Below, one piece after another: positions 31,139 through 42,100 of a stretch of 64,000 nt of DNA. A program made the position numbers and the translations under genes. The notes beneath the pieces are model-generated. The model searched no databases. It had not been told where the DNA came from and saw only the letters and a program-made list of their open reading frames with translations. The stretch covers positions 124,001 through 188,000 of the IMG/VR virus record IMGVR_UViG_3300007513_000001; one strand, 5' to 3'. Position 1 is the stretch's first letter. Every line of letters begins with the position of its first letter.

Positions 31139-32907
31139 TGACAACTAGTTATCCATCATACGGAGCCTTTGTTTTTGACGTACCAGAACCAGGCAGTTTT
31201 TCTGGGCAATTTATATACAATTTTTATGTTTCTAATGAAAGAACTTCTATAAATACGCATATAGTTGAAGAAGTTGATGGCGAAGAAAAAGATTATGGCT
31301 ACGCTCGATATATTCAATTAGAGCTTACACCTCCAGTAGATGCTTCACTGTTATCGGCAGTAGAAACTATTGACATTGAAGCTGCAGAAAAAGCAGCTAT
31401 TCTAAACACATACTATGACACACTGAATTCTGAACATACAATTCAAGGAAACAATTTTTCTACTATTACGTTAGAAGATTCTGAAATTTCTGGAGATGTT
31501 ACGGCAGCCATTATTGAAGCAGCCGCAACCCAGTCTGGATTCACTAATCTTGGTTTGGCAGATGCTTTGAGTTTGATGTCTACAACCAAAGATGTTCTTG
31601 ACGTAGATGCTTTAATGAATGGAGCTCAAATAGATTCTGCGAATGAATATTCTTATTACGATCCATCTTTGGGAACGGCTGTTCAATACTCTCAAACAGA
31701 AGAAAATGGTGAATTTTCGATGACGTTTGCTGTTAATAATAAATTTTTATCTGATATTTTAGCCTTTTCAGAATCTGCTCCATTGAGCTCCCTGTTTGGA
31801 AAAATAGATTCAGATTTATCATCTGCTGCATCCACTCAGGCTGGTGCTAGAGCAGGTCAAGATTCTTCTTTGCTGTCTATAGACCAATATATGCCAACAA
31901 TGCAGGTTATGTCTGAAGAATCTTCTACATCTTCAGATTCTGGTTTTATGCCAGGAATTGCTTTCATGGGGTATGTAGTTGATAAAAGCGAAATAATAGA
32001 TTCTTCTACAGAAGAATTCATTACCAGAGCATTTTTTACTGGAGATAACACGGATGCTTTAGACAGCGTTGCAGATTACGAAGTTAAATACGGCTCCACT
32101 TATTGTTATCAAATAAGTACGGTTTATTTGCTACGGTGGAATGAATATTCTGCTTCTGGTGAGGATACAATAACAACACAAAAATATTCTTTAGTTAAGT
32201 CTCGCTCTGCTCCAAAAGCTGTTGTAGAGTGTGTCGAAAAAATACCACCAGAGCCACCATCTGGAGTCGAGTTTCATAGAAATTCTAATGGAACTATAAA
32301 AATAATTTGGACTCCAGGCGCAAACCCTCAATTAGACGTTGTAAAATATCAAGTTTTTAGAAGGTCTTCTATTGATGATCCATTCGTTCTTCAAATGGAA
32401 ATAGATTTTGACTACACCGAAGATCAACAAGAACCATCTGAAAATGTTCCATCTCAATATATCAACAAAGTAGAATACCAAATATGTTCTTATACTGATT
32501 CTGGCTTTGATAATGAATCTGATTATATTTACGCTATTTGTGCTGTCGACACGCATATGCTGAGCTCAAACTATTCAGCGCAATATAGAGTAAAATATGA
32601 TAAAACTAACGGCCAGCTCGATATTTCATGGATTTCTCCTAAAGGGTCTCCGAAGCCATATCCAAATTTTTTAATTCCGGGTATTTTAACAGAAGATTCA
32701 ATTAAAGACAGCTTACATAGTTATCTTAAGATATATTTTACGCCAGACTATTATAAAATATTAGATGCTGATGGTGTTGACAGTCAATTTATTCCTTGGA
32801 CTAATGCTAATGATATCGGTGGCGCTAGAATGCAAATAATTAACTTAGATAGGCAAAATAGTAAAAATATAAGAATTAGATTCAAAGATCAGAGGACTAT
32901 ATCTTAA
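31138..32907 (+). CDS. Structural protein with fibronectin type III-like domain(s)
   Basis: PPEPPSGV...IKIIWTP...VVKYQVFRR...YTDSGFDNESDYIYAICAVD...SSNYS is an FN3 pattern; a second partial pattern reads DYEVKYGSTYCYQISTV. Confidence 0.65.
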   Translation: MTTSYPSYGAFVFDVPEPGSFSGQFIYNFYVSNERTSINTHIVEEVDGEEKDYGYARYIQLELTPPVDASLLSAVETIDIEAAEKAAILNTYYDTLNSEHTIQGNNFSTITLEDSEISGDVTAAIIEAAATQSGFTNLGLADALSLMSTTKDVLDVDALMNGAQIDSANEYSYYDPSLGTAVQYSQTEENGEFSMTFAVNNKFLSDILAFSESAPLSSLFGKIDSDLSSAASTQAGARAGQDSSLLSIDQYMPTMQVMSEESSTSSDSGFMPGIAFMGYVVDKSEIIDSSTEEFITRAFFTGDNTDALDSVADYEVKYGSTYCYQISTVYLLRWNEYSASGEDTITTQKYSLVKSRSAPKAVVECVEKIPPEPPSGVEFHRNSNGTIKIIWTPGANPQLDVVKYQVFRRSSIDDPFVLQMEIDFDYTEDQQEPSENVPSQYINKVEYQICSYTDSGFDNESDYIYAICAVDTHMLSSNYSAQYRVKYDKTNGQLDISWISPKGSPKPYPNFLIPGILTEDSIKDSLHSYLKIYFTPDYYKILDADGVDSQFIPWTNANDIGGARMQIINLDRQNSKNIRIRFKDQRTIS

Positions 32908-32955
32908 CAAGCATGCTTGTTTTTAATATGATTCTCTTGTTTATTAGGGTTGAAT

Positions 32956-32963
32956 ATATTTAT
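32956..32963 (+). promoter_or_regulatory. Putative late promoter core ATATTTAT
   Basis: Within TGAATATATTTAT, about 40 nt upstream of ATG 33005; a GGAG SD follows. Confidence 0.45.
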
Positions 32964-33004
32964 TTGATGAGTAGTATTGCTATAATTAAAGCATTGGAGA
33001 AAAA

Positions 33005-33709
33005 ATGGGATTTTTAGATCACTCTACCAACAATATTATTGTGGATGCAGTTTTAACTGACATTGGAAGAAAAAAACTCGCTGAAGGAACCTTTTCAATA
33101 TCAAAATTTGGTTTGGGCGATGACGAAGTAGACTACACTATTATTAAAAAGTTTGGTAGAACAGTCGGTAAAGAGAAAATAGAGAAGAACACGCCCGTGT
33201 TCGAAGCTCAGACTAACGCTGATTTAGCTTTAAAACATAAGTTAGTAACAGTCAGCAATCCATATTTAACGAAACTGCCGTATTTAGAAGTTTCTTCAAC
33301 ATCAAATGTTACGGAAGCAACTAGAGGAGTAACTTCAACTATTTCAGTAGTTCAGAAACCAGATGATCTGTTTTCGTCTTCTACTGCGACGGGTGCTTCT
33401 GATGTAAGAGATACTCTTTTTACAATTGAATATGATTCTAGATTTTTGTCCCTATCGACTGCGAGCTCTACTGTTGGTAATAACAATATAGCTACTGCGA
33501 CAGTTGACTATTCCGGAAACGCTAGCGCCTCAGGTTGGAACGGAGCGGCTGTTACGCTATCGTTTACAGTGAGAAGCTTTTCTGATTCTTATTTTGCGTA
33601 TTATTCTACTAACGCTTCTAACAGCACTATAACGACTTATGTTGAAATTACTGGCGTGTTCAGTGGCCAACGAGTAGTTCAAGCAGTAAACATCGTTAAA
33701 TCATCATAA
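33005..33709 (+). CDS. Putative baseplate/tail structural protein (234 aa)
   Basis: DAVLTDIGRKKLAEG...KFGLGDDEVDY N-terminus, paralogous to 21044..22000; GGAG SD. Confidence 0.6.
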   Translation: MGFLDHSTNNIIVDAVLTDIGRKKLAEGTFSISKFGLGDDEVDYTIIKKFGRTVGKEKIEKNTPVFEAQTNADLALKHKLVTVSNPYLTKLPYLEVSSTSNVTEATRGVTSTISVVQKPDDLFSSSTATGASDVRDTLFTIEYDSRFLSLSTASSTVGNNNIATATVDYSGNASASGWNGAAVTLSFTVRSFSDSYFAYYSTNASNSTITTYVEITGVFSGQRVVQAVNIVKSS

Positions 33710-33723
33710 TGGAGAAATTTTAA

Positions 33724-35109
33724 ATGGCAACTTTTACTAGCATAAATGCCAGCGCTGGAGATTCTACTACGTCTACTAGCGATTTGACTCAATTAGTAGA
33801 CGTCATCCAAGAAGATGTCTCGGGGTCTAGTACCAGAAGAGCATATCAAGTTTTTGTTACGGGGGGTATCGGCCCTGGGGTGACTTCTTCTTTGTTTCAA
33901 ACAGTGTATGATCAAGATTTCTCTCTGCAGACTTCTAACGCGATCATGGATATGACTTTTGGGATATTTAGCGGAAGCTCTATGGTTACCGATGTAAGAA
34001 CTGGTATTGACACTAATGGAAAATACATGTTTCCATCCGAGTCTTTGATGATGCGAGAAAAACTCTCAAACTACGGTCAATATGCGCAAGTTCTATTAGG
34101 AAATGCAAACAAGCAGTTTTACGCCCCTGGAGTCACTGCCTTTGATAGCAGCTTAAGCAGTAACTCGCAACTTGGAATAAAGGGAGATAGAATAGAGCAG
34201 GCGCTATTTTTGAACTTCAGAAGACTTTTTGCTCGAGATGAGATCAAAAAAGAAACTTTTGCAATGAGATTATTTCAATCTGCCACTTTTGATAATTTTG
34301 ACTATTGGGACTCTTCTACAAATAGAAGATCTGATGAAGCAACCGCACTTCAAAAAGTCGGATGGTATCTTACAGGGTCTACTGGAATTTTTAATGGGTT
34401 AGATGCGTTTACTGGCTCTTGGGGATCTAATGTTTCGCGCACTTCTACCAGCGGATCATCTATTTATGCGGATATCAATGCTTCTACAAGACAGCTTAAA
34501 TCAGATGGAGGAGATGTAGCTTATATAGTCAACACTTCTAACACTAGCGAATATGTTGGATTAATGTTTTATGATCAAGGAATCGCAGTACTTGATATGG
34601 GTAAAATTTTCATGTATGATCAGCATATGTCGGGGACTATCTCGGCTATGCGAGCCGGCTCGACAACCAGCGACGGCATAACTATTAATCCGGGACAAAC
34701 TGTTATAGGAAATGGTAGATTTGGAAATCCAAATGCTCTCTTTATGCCAGACTTTTTATGTTCTGGGTCTATTGATAACATTATAGACCATCTTGCAACT
34801 TGCAGATTTGGTTCTGGTAGTTTAACATCAGCTACTTTTCAAAATGTCACTAAGATTAATTCTAACATCTATTTCTGCCGTGCTAAATCAAGTGAATACA
34901 ATTATTCATCTAACCCAAGTTATACGGACGAATCAGGAAATATTAATGTAATAGATGACCCCACGACAGACCAGAGAACGTTTACATATATCACAACTGT
35001 TGGATTATATGATTCTGCTAACAATCTATTGGCGGTCGCTAAGTTGTCTAGACCAATTGAAAAGAACGATGAAAAAGATCTTACTTTGAGAGTTCGTCTG
35101 GATTTCTAA
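33724..35109 (+). CDS. Putative baseplate protein with C-terminal tail-collar/fibre-attachment-like domain
   Basis: C-terminus SSNPSY...YITTVGLYDSANNLLAVAKLSRPIEK...LRVRLDF resembles the P2 gpH N-terminal/DUF3751-type 'xGLYDxxxxLxAVA' module. Confidence 0.6.
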   Translation: MATFTSINASAGDSTTSTSDLTQLVDVIQEDVSGSSTRRAYQVFVTGGIGPGVTSSLFQTVYDQDFSLQTSNAIMDMTFGIFSGSSMVTDVRTGIDTNGKYMFPSESLMMREKLSNYGQYAQVLLGNANKQFYAPGVTAFDSSLSSNSQLGIKGDRIEQALFLNFRRLFARDEIKKETFAMRLFQSATFDNFDYWDSSTNRRSDEATALQKVGWYLTGSTGIFNGLDAFTGSWGSNVSRTSTSGSSIYADINASTRQLKSDGGDVAYIVNTSNTSEYVGLMFYDQGIAVLDMGKIFMYDQHMSGTISAMRAGSTTSDGITINPGQTVIGNGRFGNPNALFMPDFLCSGSIDNIIDHLATCRFGSGSLTSATFQNVTKINSNIYFCRAKSSEYNYSSNPSYTDESGNINVIDDPTTDQRTFTYITTVGLYDSANNLLAVAKLSRPIEKNDEKDLTLRVRLDF

Positions 35110-35122
35110 GCGATGGATATAA

Positions 35123-37657
35123 ATGTCAATTATAGCATTAAATGCAAAGAATTTTGATGTCGTAACCCTACAGATGCATCCGAAGAGAATGTTCTCTTCA
35201 TCATCTAACGGAATTACGGGATCTATCTTCGTATATGCAGAGAGATCAACGTCTATAAAAGATCAAGCTCACCCGACTTATTCTTCATCTGCGGGAGCTT
35301 CTGGGTTTAATGATAGCAGTTTAGACGAATTTAGAAGCGTGTTGTGGGCTACAGCTTCTGTTGCCGAAGAGATAATGCAAGATGGAAATAGAAACTCTCA
35401 TGGAGTTCTTTTATCAGATCTAGGATTATCAACCACTCTCTTTCCATCTTCGTCGGTTCAGCCGATGGTCTCTAGCGGCTCCCTACACGATTCATTCGTT
35501 CACTATCTCACGGGAGTAAATGAAGTTGTTCAGTCTCCAAACTTGAAAAAATATGTAGAGATTTTAAGGTTTAAACCAACTAATAAATTTACTTCAGACA
35601 CTCTTAGAAAAACTGTAGTAGTCAATAATCTTTTCAAATATTACAGAGTTCAATATCCGCAAGCTCAATTTTCTTACACTAACTATAATGCTATTAATTT
35701 CTTTACAGCATCGTCGGTTTCTCCAAACAGAGCGCTAATTTATCCTTCGCCTTCTACTACAGCCGATCCAAGCGTAGGGACTTATGCTATAACTGGTTCG
35801 TTTAATATTAGTTTTTATATAAACCCTAGATACACCACTGAAGGTCCTGAACTAGAATATAAAGCGGGCACCCTTATGCACATGAGTTCCTGCTATGCTG
35901 TGACTCTCCATACGGGCTCAGGACTAAACATGAAAGGGCTGCCTAACACTTTCCGAGTGGCACTTCAGCTATCATCGTCAGCCGATACAAAACCTTCTGA
36001 GATAGATTTAAGCATTAAAAATAATTCTAGATCTTACCCGCAAGATTTAATATTTGTCTCAGACGAGCATTCTTTAAAATTAAATCACTGGCATCATGTG
36101 TCGATCAACTATATGGGCAAAGCGGCCTGGGCTGAGGGGGGAACTGGGTCTTTTTGGATAGACGGTGTGGAACAGAATAAATCTATGTTTAGTGTCCCAT
36201 CTAGTTCTTTCAACGAACCGTTTTATACGAAGTTTAATCCGTTGTTTATCGGAAATTATTACGATGGCCAGAACTCTGGAGCGACATCAGATCTCCGCGC
36301 GTTTTTTAACGAAAATGCAGCGTCAACAGAAGGTGTACAAGATTGGGGCGTTGGTTTTTCATCAGACCCAACTGCCACTCTTTTAAATCATCCACTAAAT
36401 GCAGAATTTCACGATCTTAGAATATACAATAGAGTTAATACTACTAACGAAATTATAACTGCTAGCATCAAAGGTCCCTCAAGAGAAGTGTTGGATGCGT
36501 CGATTAAATTTTATTTACCCCCATTTTTTACTAAAGATAGCACATCTAGAAAAGTTTTGAGAACACCGTTTCAGTCTATAAAACAAAAAACCGAGCAGCC
36601 ATTTAATACTTGGTTATCTTTTGACGTAGATGGAAAAGATATAAATTTGCAAAATTTTGTTAGAGATCATCGTCATCACACGTTCCCCCGGTTGTTTCAT
36701 CTTACATCTTCAGAAATATCTGATACGACTAAAGATTGGCAGACCGCGAATCGACTTCTTTACGAATTTGGCGTTCAGTCTTCTTATGTTAGGGCAAGAA
36801 ATCTTACTATTGTTCCATGCGACAATGGGTTATTTAGTCCATCTTTCGATCTTTTAATGACAGCTTCAGATCCGAATGGAGTTACTTCTATTTTGGGTTC
36901 TGCACCGGCCTCAGGATCTTTTATAAGTTCTTATGTTGATGATTTGGGCCTCTCTAATCTTTCTTTGATAACTTTGAGAGATATGCATAAGATGCCTATG
37001 TTGGTCACAGGCACAATGCAAGACGATTCTGATAGCTCTTATGTAGTTCAAATGACAGAATCTGGTGATTGGTCAAGTCGTTCCGAACCGCAGATATTGC
37101 AGCTTACAAGAGATAATTCTTCTGATGAAGTAGTATTTTTTGATTCTTCTAATTTATTCTATGGTCAATCTATTAAACCTGGAACTTATTCTTTGTTCGA
37201 TAAAGCTATTACTGGGTCTAATGGAAAAGTTTCGATGAGAATAGTTGATGACCTAAGAGGAAATCTATATAGGGCTGACTCTGCAACTCCACCAGCCACT
37301 TGGAATTCAGTTGGAAATGTTCTTTACGAAGAAGGTATCTCTATTATAAAATCTCCAAATATTCTATTTTTTGGAAGAGATCAATTTGAAGTAAATCTAG
37401 AAGGCTACCAAAATGTCCATTCGCAAGAAGTGAATATTAACGCCAACGTAGGAAGAATTAACTCATCTTCAAATCCCACGTTTCATCCCATGAAACCAGA
37501 TAATTACGCGAATACTGACACGGATGTATTCGTTGCGATTAGTGAAGTCTTGCTTCATGATAATAACTTGAATGTCGTTGGTAGAGCACAGCTTTCTCAG
37601 CCAGTAGTTAAAAAAATAACTGATAAATATCTTTTTAGGATTAAAATGGATTATTAA
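35123..37657 (+). CDS. Putative baseplate protein with LamG-like domain and the same C-terminal module as 33724..35109
   Basis: FNISFYINP...NHWHHVSI...FWIDG...EFHDLRIYNR is LamG-like; C-terminus SSNPTF...ISEVLLHDNNLNVVGRAQLSQPVVK...FRIKMDY. Confidence 0.6.
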   Translation: MSIIALNAKNFDVVTLQMHPKRMFSSSSNGITGSIFVYAERSTSIKDQAHPTYSSSAGASGFNDSSLDEFRSVLWATASVAEEIMQDGNRNSHGVLLSDLGLSTTLFPSSSVQPMVSSGSLHDSFVHYLTGVNEVVQSPNLKKYVEILRFKPTNKFTSDTLRKTVVVNNLFKYYRVQYPQAQFSYTNYNAINFFTASSVSPNRALIYPSPSTTADPSVGTYAITGSFNISFYINPRYTTEGPELEYKAGTLMHMSSCYAVTLHTGSGLNMKGLPNTFRVALQLSSSADTKPSEIDLSIKNNSRSYPQDLIFVSDEHSLKLNHWHHVSINYMGKAAWAEGGTGSFWIDGVEQNKSMFSVPSSSFNEPFYTKFNPLFIGNYYDGQNSGATSDLRAFFNENAASTEGVQDWGVGFSSDPTATLLNHPLNAEFHDLRIYNRVNTTNEIITASIKGPSREVLDASIKFYLPPFFTKDSTSRKVLRTPFQSIKQKTEQPFNTWLSFDVDGKDINLQNFVRDHRHHTFPRLFHLTSSEISDTTKDWQTANRLLYEFGVQSSYVRARNLTIVPCDNGLFSPSFDLLMTASDPNGVTSILGSAPASGSFISSYVDDLGLSNLSLITLRDMHKMPMLVTGTMQDDSDSSYVVQMTESGDWSSRSEPQILQLTRDNSSDEVVFFDSSNLFYGQSIKPGTYSLFDKAITGSNGKVSMRIVDDLRGNLYRADSATPPATWNSVGNVLYEEGISIIKSPNILFFGRDQFEVNLEGYQNVHSQEVNINANVGRINSSSNPTFHPMKPDNYANTDTDVFVAISEVLLHDNNLNVVGRAQLSQPVVKKITDKYLFRIKMDY

Positions 37658-38205
37658 TGATACTTGGACTTGACATATCAACTAGTTGCACGGGGTGGTG
37701 TTTGGTCGACGTTTCTGGAAAATTAATAAAAATGGGATACGTCGATCTTCAAAAAGAGAAGTCTTCGTTTGCGAAAGCAAAAAAAGTTAGAAGTCTTCTT
37801 GGGCAGCTAAATATTGATTATGAAATTGAAAGAATTTGTATTGAAGAAAACTTGCAAGCTTTTCGCCCAGGGCTCTCTTCTGCAAAAACACTTTTAACGC
37901 TAGCTCGATTTAATGGAGTAGTTAGCTATCTAGCCCAAGATGAGTTTTGCGTAGCTCCAGAATTCATAAACGTAAACACGGCTAGGAAATCGTTGGGGAT
38001 TAAAATTGTTAGGGGAAAGAAGGCAGAAAAATCTACTAAAGAACAAGTTTTAGACTGGGTAGATTCTCAACTGAAAACTTTCGATTGGCCGGTTAAAATT
38101 CTTAAAAGCGGACCCAGAAAAGGGCAATCGGTTTTAGAATCTAGCTGTTATGATATGGCAGACGCTTATGTTATTTCCATGGCTGGGATCGTTCTTGAAC
38201 AATAG
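37657..38205 (+). CDS. ruvC: RuvC-like Holliday junction resolvase
   Basis: ILGLDISTSCTGW (catalytic D), ICIEE (catalytic E) and DMADAY (DxxD) give the RNase H-fold RuvC pattern. Confidence 0.85.
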   Translation: MILGLDISTSCTGWCLVDVSGKLIKMGYVDLQKEKSSFAKAKKVRSLLGQLNIDYEIERICIEENLQAFRPGLSSAKTLLTLARFNGVVSYLAQDEFCVAPEFINVNTARKSLGIKIVRGKKAEKSTKEQVLDWVDSQLKTFDWPVKILKSGPRKGQSVLESSCYDMADAYVISMAGIVLEQ

Positions 38206-38230
38206 CATAAATTAAGTTACTATTTATTAG

Positions 38231-39190
38231 ATGCAACAAAATTTATCTGCGAAAGCCGCTTTTTTACAAGCTACATTTGGACCCGGAATAGTTAACGGCG
38301 AAAGCATAGCTCTCACATGTCCACAGTGTTCTAAAGACAGGAAAGATAAAAAAAAGCTAATAGTTAAATTGATCAATGGAATGCATCACTGTTGGGTTTG
38401 CGGGCTAAAGGGAAAAACTCTCAAATACACTATTAGAAAATACGCTCCTAAAAAATACAGTGAATACCAATCTCTGTTTTTTGAGGGCGAATCTGAAGAA
38501 GTGATAGAGCCAGAAGCTTTTATTAAAGTAGAAATTCCAAAAGGGTTTGTATTGCTAGCACAAAATTTAAAATCTAGAGATCCAGATATTAGAAGCACTA
38601 TAGAATATGCAGTCTCTAGAGGCTTATCTGAAAAAGATTTATGGTTTTATAAATTTGGAACTTGTCGATCTGGAAGTTTCAGGCGTAGATTGATTATGCC
38701 TTCTTTTGATAAACTTGGAAATTTAAATTATTACACGGGAAGAAGCATAGACGGTTCTAGTCGTAGAAAATACTTGAATGCTAAAGCCAAAAAGAAAGAT
38801 TTAATCTTTAATGAAATAAATATTGATTGGGATAAAGAGCTTACGATCGTTGAGGGCCCTCTAGATTTGGTGAAGTGCAATTATAATGCAACTTCAATTT
38901 TAGGGTCTTTTTTAAACAAAGATTATGCTTTGTTTCAAGAAATTGTAGCTCACTCCACGCCTGTAATTCTGGCTTTAGATATAGACGCAAAGCTTAAACA
39001 ACAGAAAATATGCCAATCTTTATATTCGTATGGGATAAAAGTCAGAATTTTAAATGTTGAAAATTATGATGACGTCGGCGAAATGACAAGGGCGCAATTT
39101 ATAAAATTGAAAGATACCGCAAAAATTTGGAGCCCTAGAGATATTCTAAAATATAGAATAAAATCTATTAAAAGCGGATCTTTGGTGTAG
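38231..39190 (+). CDS. dnaG: DnaG-type DNA primase (Zn-binding + TOPRIM)
   Basis: CPQC...HCWVC zinc ribbon; RLIMPSFD...YYTGRS...KYLN; TOPRIM motifs IVEGPLD and ALDIDA. Confidence 0.85.
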   Translation: MQQNLSAKAAFLQATFGPGIVNGESIALTCPQCSKDRKDKKKLIVKLINGMHHCWVCGLKGKTLKYTIRKYAPKKYSEYQSLFFEGESEEVIEPEAFIKVEIPKGFVLLAQNLKSRDPDIRSTIEYAVSRGLSEKDLWFYKFGTCRSGSFRRRLIMPSFDKLGNLNYYTGRSIDGSSRRKYLNAKAKKKDLIFNEINIDWDKELTIVEGPLDLVKCNYNATSILGSFLNKDYALFQEIVAHSTPVILALDIDAKLKQQKICQSLYSYGIKVRILNVENYDDVGEMTRAQFIKLKDTAKIWSPRDILKYRIKSIKSGSLV

Positions 39191-39198
39191 GAAAAAAT

Positions 39199-42100
39199 AT
39201 GTCTTTTAAATGTATCCACCTTTCTGATGTTCACTTCCGCGGGTTATCTCGTCACGAAGAATACAGAGAATCTTTTTTAGATTTCTTTGAAAAAGCTAGG
39301 AAAATTAACCCTGATTTAATATTTGTCGGTGGAGATATAGTCCATTCAAAAACACAGGGAATATCTCCAGAGTTAATTGATATTTTATCTTGGTGGTTTG
39401 AAGAATTAGCTAAAGTAGCTCCAACTCATGTTATTCTTGGAAATCACGATGGCTTAATTTCTAACCCACACAGGCAAGATGCTATATCTCCTATAATTTC
39501 AGCCCTTAATAACAGCAATTTGCACTTGTATAAGGATTCTGGAACTTACTCAACTGGCATCCCTGGCTTTAACTGGGGAGTTTTTTCTTGCTTTGATGAA
39601 GAGAATTGGGAAAATGTTAAGCCTGTAGAGGGAGAAGTAAATATTGCTCTGTTTCACGGTGGAGTGCTCGGATCTTTTACGGATATCAATTGGGAAATTG
39701 AGGGTGAAGTAGAGCACACATTCTTTAAAGATTTTGAGTTTGCTTTTCTTGGAGACATCCATAAATTTCAGTTTTTAAATGAGTCTAAAACTATAGCGTA
39801 CCCCGGATCTACTATACAACAAAACTACGGAGAAGATCCTGGAAAAGGATTTTTAGTGTGGGACATAAGATCAGCTGATGATTTTGACGTTGACTTTGTT
39901 GAAGTTTTTCACTCTAAGCCTTTCGCCACTATAGACTGGAAAGACACTGTTGTAGATACCGTTAGGGAATCTAGCAAATATCCAGATGGTTCGAGATTTA
40001 GGATTAGATCGCAATTTCAAATACCCCAAACCGAGATAAAGCATTTATATTCTGAGCTAAAAGAAAAGAAAAAAGCTTCTGAAATAGTTTTTAAATTCGA
40101 CGATATAAAATCTCAAATTATAGAATCATCAACTAACGATGAGTCTTTTTCTAATTTTAGAGACCCTTCAGTTATTTTAGACTTACTAAAGCAATACTAC
40201 AAAGAAGCGTCTATATCTGAAGAAGAATGGCAAGAAATTTCAGTGTTGTTGAAAAAATATACAGGCTCAGTAATAGAAAATGACACCCCCAGAAACGTTA
40301 AATGGTCAATAAAAAAGCTTCAATTTGACAATGTTTTTTCTTATGGAAAAAATAACGTTATCAACTTTGATTCTCTTCACGGCGTGGTGGGTCTTTTCGG
40401 TAAAAATAGATCTGGAAAATCTTCTATTCCAGGATCGATCATGTATGGTCTTTATAACACAACGGATCGAGGATCTATTAAAAATCTTCACGTAATCAAT
40501 ACCCGAAAGGGCCACTGTAAAGTTGAGCTTGATTTTTTAGTAAACGGAGTTTGTCACAGATTGGAGCGCCAATCAGTAAAACACCAAAACCGACGTGGCG
40601 AGATCAATGCTGTCACTCACTTAAACCTCTATCGTGTAGACACCAATGGAGAACTCAAGGATTTATCTGGTGGCCAACGAAGGGAAACTGACGCAATATT
40701 AAGATCTTTAGTTGGAACTTACGAAGACTTTATGTTAACTTCCTTTGCGTCGCAGGGAGGGATAAACACTTTTATAAAGCACCGCGCGACTAAAAGAAAA
40801 GAAATTTTAGCTAGTTTTTTAGATTTGAATATATTCGAAACTATTTTGAACAACGCAAAAGAAGACTCTATTCATATTAAGGCTTTACTAGACAAATCTC
40901 CTGAAAGAGAGTGGAACACTCTTATATTAGAAAAGGGCTTGATTTTAAAAAGTCTAAAAGAAGAGAGGCTGAAAATCGATTCTGATTTAGCTTCTGCAAA
41001 TTCTAAAATTCAAGAAATAAAAGTTGAATCAGCATCTTCTTTTTCTGAAATCATAACAGAAGCTGATTTAACTAAATCAGAAAGCGAGATATCTGAAAAT
41101 AGAGAACGAATTTCTGAGCTAAATTCAGCTGTAGAAACTAACCAGATAACTCTGGACAATCTCGATGCAAAATTAACTAAAATAGATCAACTAAAGAACC
41201 AGTTCCCAATTGATCAATTAAAAGAAAAATATGGAGCTCAACTTGAGCTAGAAAAGACTTTATTGGTTTTGGAGGGTAGTCTAGATCAAGAAAAATCTAC
41301 TTTAAAAAATAAGAGAGACTCTATCTCGCTTTTAGACCAAGTTCCCTGTGGAGATAAGTTTCCAACATGCAAATTTATTAAAAGATCTCATCTCGACAAA
41401 AGTCTAATTGAAGAACAAGTTAATTTAGTAGAAAATATAGAGAAGCAAATCCAATCAGCGAAAAAAGCTTTTTCTATATTGCTTGACGAAGATTTAAAGT
41501 CTAAAATTGATAAATACCAAAACCTTTTAGAAAAAGAGAGTAATTTCAAAATAGAAAGATCTACGTTAGAAGCTAAATCTAGAGAGGCAGAATCTGCAAA
41601 AGATAGAATTTCTTTGCTTATATTAGAATTAGAAAAAGAGTATGAAAGTCTAAAATCTAGAGTGGATATGTCAGATAAATCTGAGAGGATTAATTCTATA
41701 AAAATAGAGCTTATGAAACTCGAAAAAACAGCTAGAGATTTAGACGCTCAAAGAATAAGTACAAGTGAATCTATCGGACTAACGACTTCAGAGCTAGCTA
41801 AGCTAAAAGAAGAAAAAACTAGCTATGAAAATCTATTGATGGAGTGGAGGATATACGAAATTTTGATGAATGGCGTGAACAAAAAGGGCATACCACTTCA
41901 TATTTTGACAATGCAGCTTCCTAAAATCAATAAAGAAATTGCAAAGATACTACATGGAGTTGTAGAGTTTACTGTTGAGCTTGAAGCTGACTTAAAATCA
42001 AATTCTATGGATGTTTTTATAAATTATGGAGACTCAAAGAGAATTATTGAATGCGCTTCAGGCATGGAGAAAATGATATCCTCTATAGCTATTAGAGTGG

